A DNA stretch of 64,000 nt from Octopus sinensis (taxonomy: Eukaryota). This document shows, one piece after another, positions 61,973-64,000 of this stretch (positions within the stretch are counted from its first letter, which is position 1; every line of letters begins with the position of its first letter). The notes under the pieces are model-generated. The model saw nothing but the letters and a program-made list of their open reading frames with translations, had not been told where the DNA came from and did not search any database. The position numbers were made by a program, and so were the translations under genes. The stretch is taken from NCBI RefSeq assembly GCF_006345805.1, contig NC_043007.1, forward strand, positions 31,496,001 to 31,560,000, given 5' to 3'.

Positions 61973-62994
61973 CTTTAAATTTCTAAGTAATTTTGCTATG
62001 ACAAATATAGTAAAAATTTTTTAAAACTATTCTCGGAGTATCGTAAATAAAAACTTTGTACTCACTGCGGAGGGAACTGAAGGCTATTGGAAGTGACACT
62101 CGCATTGTCGACCTGTAGAAAAGTGCAATCTTGATTTCTGCGACAAGATACAGCAAAAACACCATCATCAACAACGACAAAAACAACAACAAACAATAAC
62201 AGCAGCAACAACAACAATAGCAATTGTTTCAAATTCTGGCACAAGGCCAGCAATTTCGGTGGAGGGGGCTAAGTCGATTACGTTTACCCTACTGGTCAAC
62301 TGGTACTTAATTTATCGACCCCGAAATGATGAAAGGAAAAAGTCGACCTCGGGGAAATAATAATAATAATAACAATAACAATAATAATAATAATAATAAC
62401 AATAATAATAATAATAATAAAGATATTATTATTATTATTGTTATTATTATTATTGTCACATTCATTAATTTCGCCAACAATAGGAAATATCTGGTTACTT
62501 GATTAAAAGCCGGTTATTCATTATCCTATTACTCAATTAAAAGCTAACATATGTTGCCCTACTCACTGCTAATTGCTTATTTGTTTCGTGTGAATGTTGT
62601 CCAACCAATGAAATGCCAGTTGAATAAATAGTGAAAGAGGCCGACAGAGGTTGTTTCCAGTTTACGTCGAGCGTTTCGTAATTTCGAAACATTATGAACG
62701 TATTACCACTGCTGCAAGCATGCAAGCCCTGTTGTTTAGTATATCGGTAGCTACTAACATACTTATATCACTTACACACACTGATAAACAAAAGAACAAG
62801 AAGAAAAAAAAACTGGTAATTATCTAAAATTGTTTCACAACGAAAATTAACAGGAAAACAACTAAAAGACAAAAAACAGAAAAAAAAAATGACGATCGAG
62901 CCTCCATTTTTCTCTGTGACTTTTGGTACCTTTAGTTTAAAAAGCTTTTAATGAAAGGATTTCTAAATTGTCTGCTATTTATTGCAACACCCGA

Positions 62995-63577
62995 AGGTAA
63001 CGAGATGGTAGAATCGTTAGCATGCCGGGCGAAATGCTTAGCGGTATTTCGTCTGCCGTTACGTTCTGAGTTCAAATTCCGCCGAGGTCGACTTTGCCTT
63101 TCATCCTTTCGAGGTCGATAAATTAAGTACCAGTTACGCACTGGGGTCGATATAATCGACTTAATCCCTCTGCTTATCCTTGTTTGTCCTCTCTGTGTTT
63201 AGCCCCTTGTGGGTAGTAAAGAAATAGGTATTTCATCTGCCGCTACGTTCTGAGTTCAAATTCCGCTGAGGTCAACTTTGCCTTTCATCCTTTCGGGTTC
63301 GATAAATTAAGTACCAGTTACGCACTGGGGTCGATATAAACCGACTTAATCCGTTTGTCTGTCCTTGTTTGTCTTCTCTGTGTTTAGCCGCTTGTGGGTA
63401 ATAAAGAAATAGGTAATTCGTCTGTCTTTACGTTCTGAGCTCAAATTCCGCCGAGATTTGACTTTGCCTTTCATCTTTTCGAGGTCGATAAAATAAGTAC
63501 CAGTTGAATACTGGGGTCGATGTAATCGATTTAGCCACTTTCCGAAATTGTTGACCTCTTGCCAAAATGTGAACTTA
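62995..63577 (+). mobile_element. SINE family B, internal trimer (184/185-bp period)
   Basis: Units start at 63043, 63227 and 63412. Confidence 0.92.
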
Positions 63578-63591
63578 TTGCAACATCCCAT

Positions 63592-63810
63592 GGCAGCCAG
63601 TTGGCAGAATCGGTAGCACACCGGAAAAAATACCAAACAGCATTTCATCGGTCTTTACATTTTGAGTTCAAATTCCGCCAAGGTTGACTTGACGTTTATC
63701 CCATTCAGAGTCGATGGAATAAGTACCAGTTGAGCACTGGGGTCAATGTAATCGACTGGTCCCCTCACCCAAATTTCAGGCCTGGTGCTTATAGGAGAAA
63801 GGATTATTAC
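63592..63810 (+). mobile_element. SINE family B, diverged monomer
   Basis: ttggcagaatcggtagc...gagttcaaattccgcc...aagtaccagttgagcactggggtcaatgtaatcgact. Confidence 0.82.
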
Positions 63811-64000
63811 AACAGCATTTTCACTTTCCTTTGGCGGGGAAGAAGGATAGGTAGTGTTTATCTGTCTGCTGGCTTTAACGAAAGAGGTTGTATGGTGGAC
63901 TGAAAGGACCAAAATTAGACATCTTCCTCTTTGACTAAACCCTCATCAACTTTATCAAATTTCACTTAATATGGAAAATGAGGATGGAGAAGGAAGTGCT

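Overview
AT-rich, repeat-saturated eukaryotic DNA, most likely from a coleoid cephalopod of the genus Octopus. That assignment is inferred from my recollection of the tRNA-derived SINE families and the extreme (TA)n/(CA)n/(TATG)n load. I cannot identify an intact protein-coding gene, rRNA, true tRNA or CRISPR array, and nearly all long ORFs in the track are microsatellite or SINE artefacts. The window holds dozens of SINE copies from at least 6 families, two recognisable RTE-type LINE 3' fragments, Tc1/mariner-like and hAT-like MITEs, two copies of a GGGATC-ended DNA transposon with 6-bp TSDs, a ~1.64 kb tandem duplication, and a few weakly supported small exons. The most interesting signal is a set of short (100-450 bp) elements embedded in (TA)n/(CA)n microsatellites. 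They often have a fold-back (inverted partial copy) architecture, and several carry minimal hammerhead-ribozyme motifs with a zero-loop palindromic helix III. One family has the C3-G8 core pair replaced by a compensatory U3-A8 in two copies. These features match remnants of Penelope-like-element pseudo-LTRs or retrozyme-like non-autonomous RNAs. Repeat boundaries are approximate (about +/-10 bp) unless TIRs, TSDs or arms are stated explicitly.
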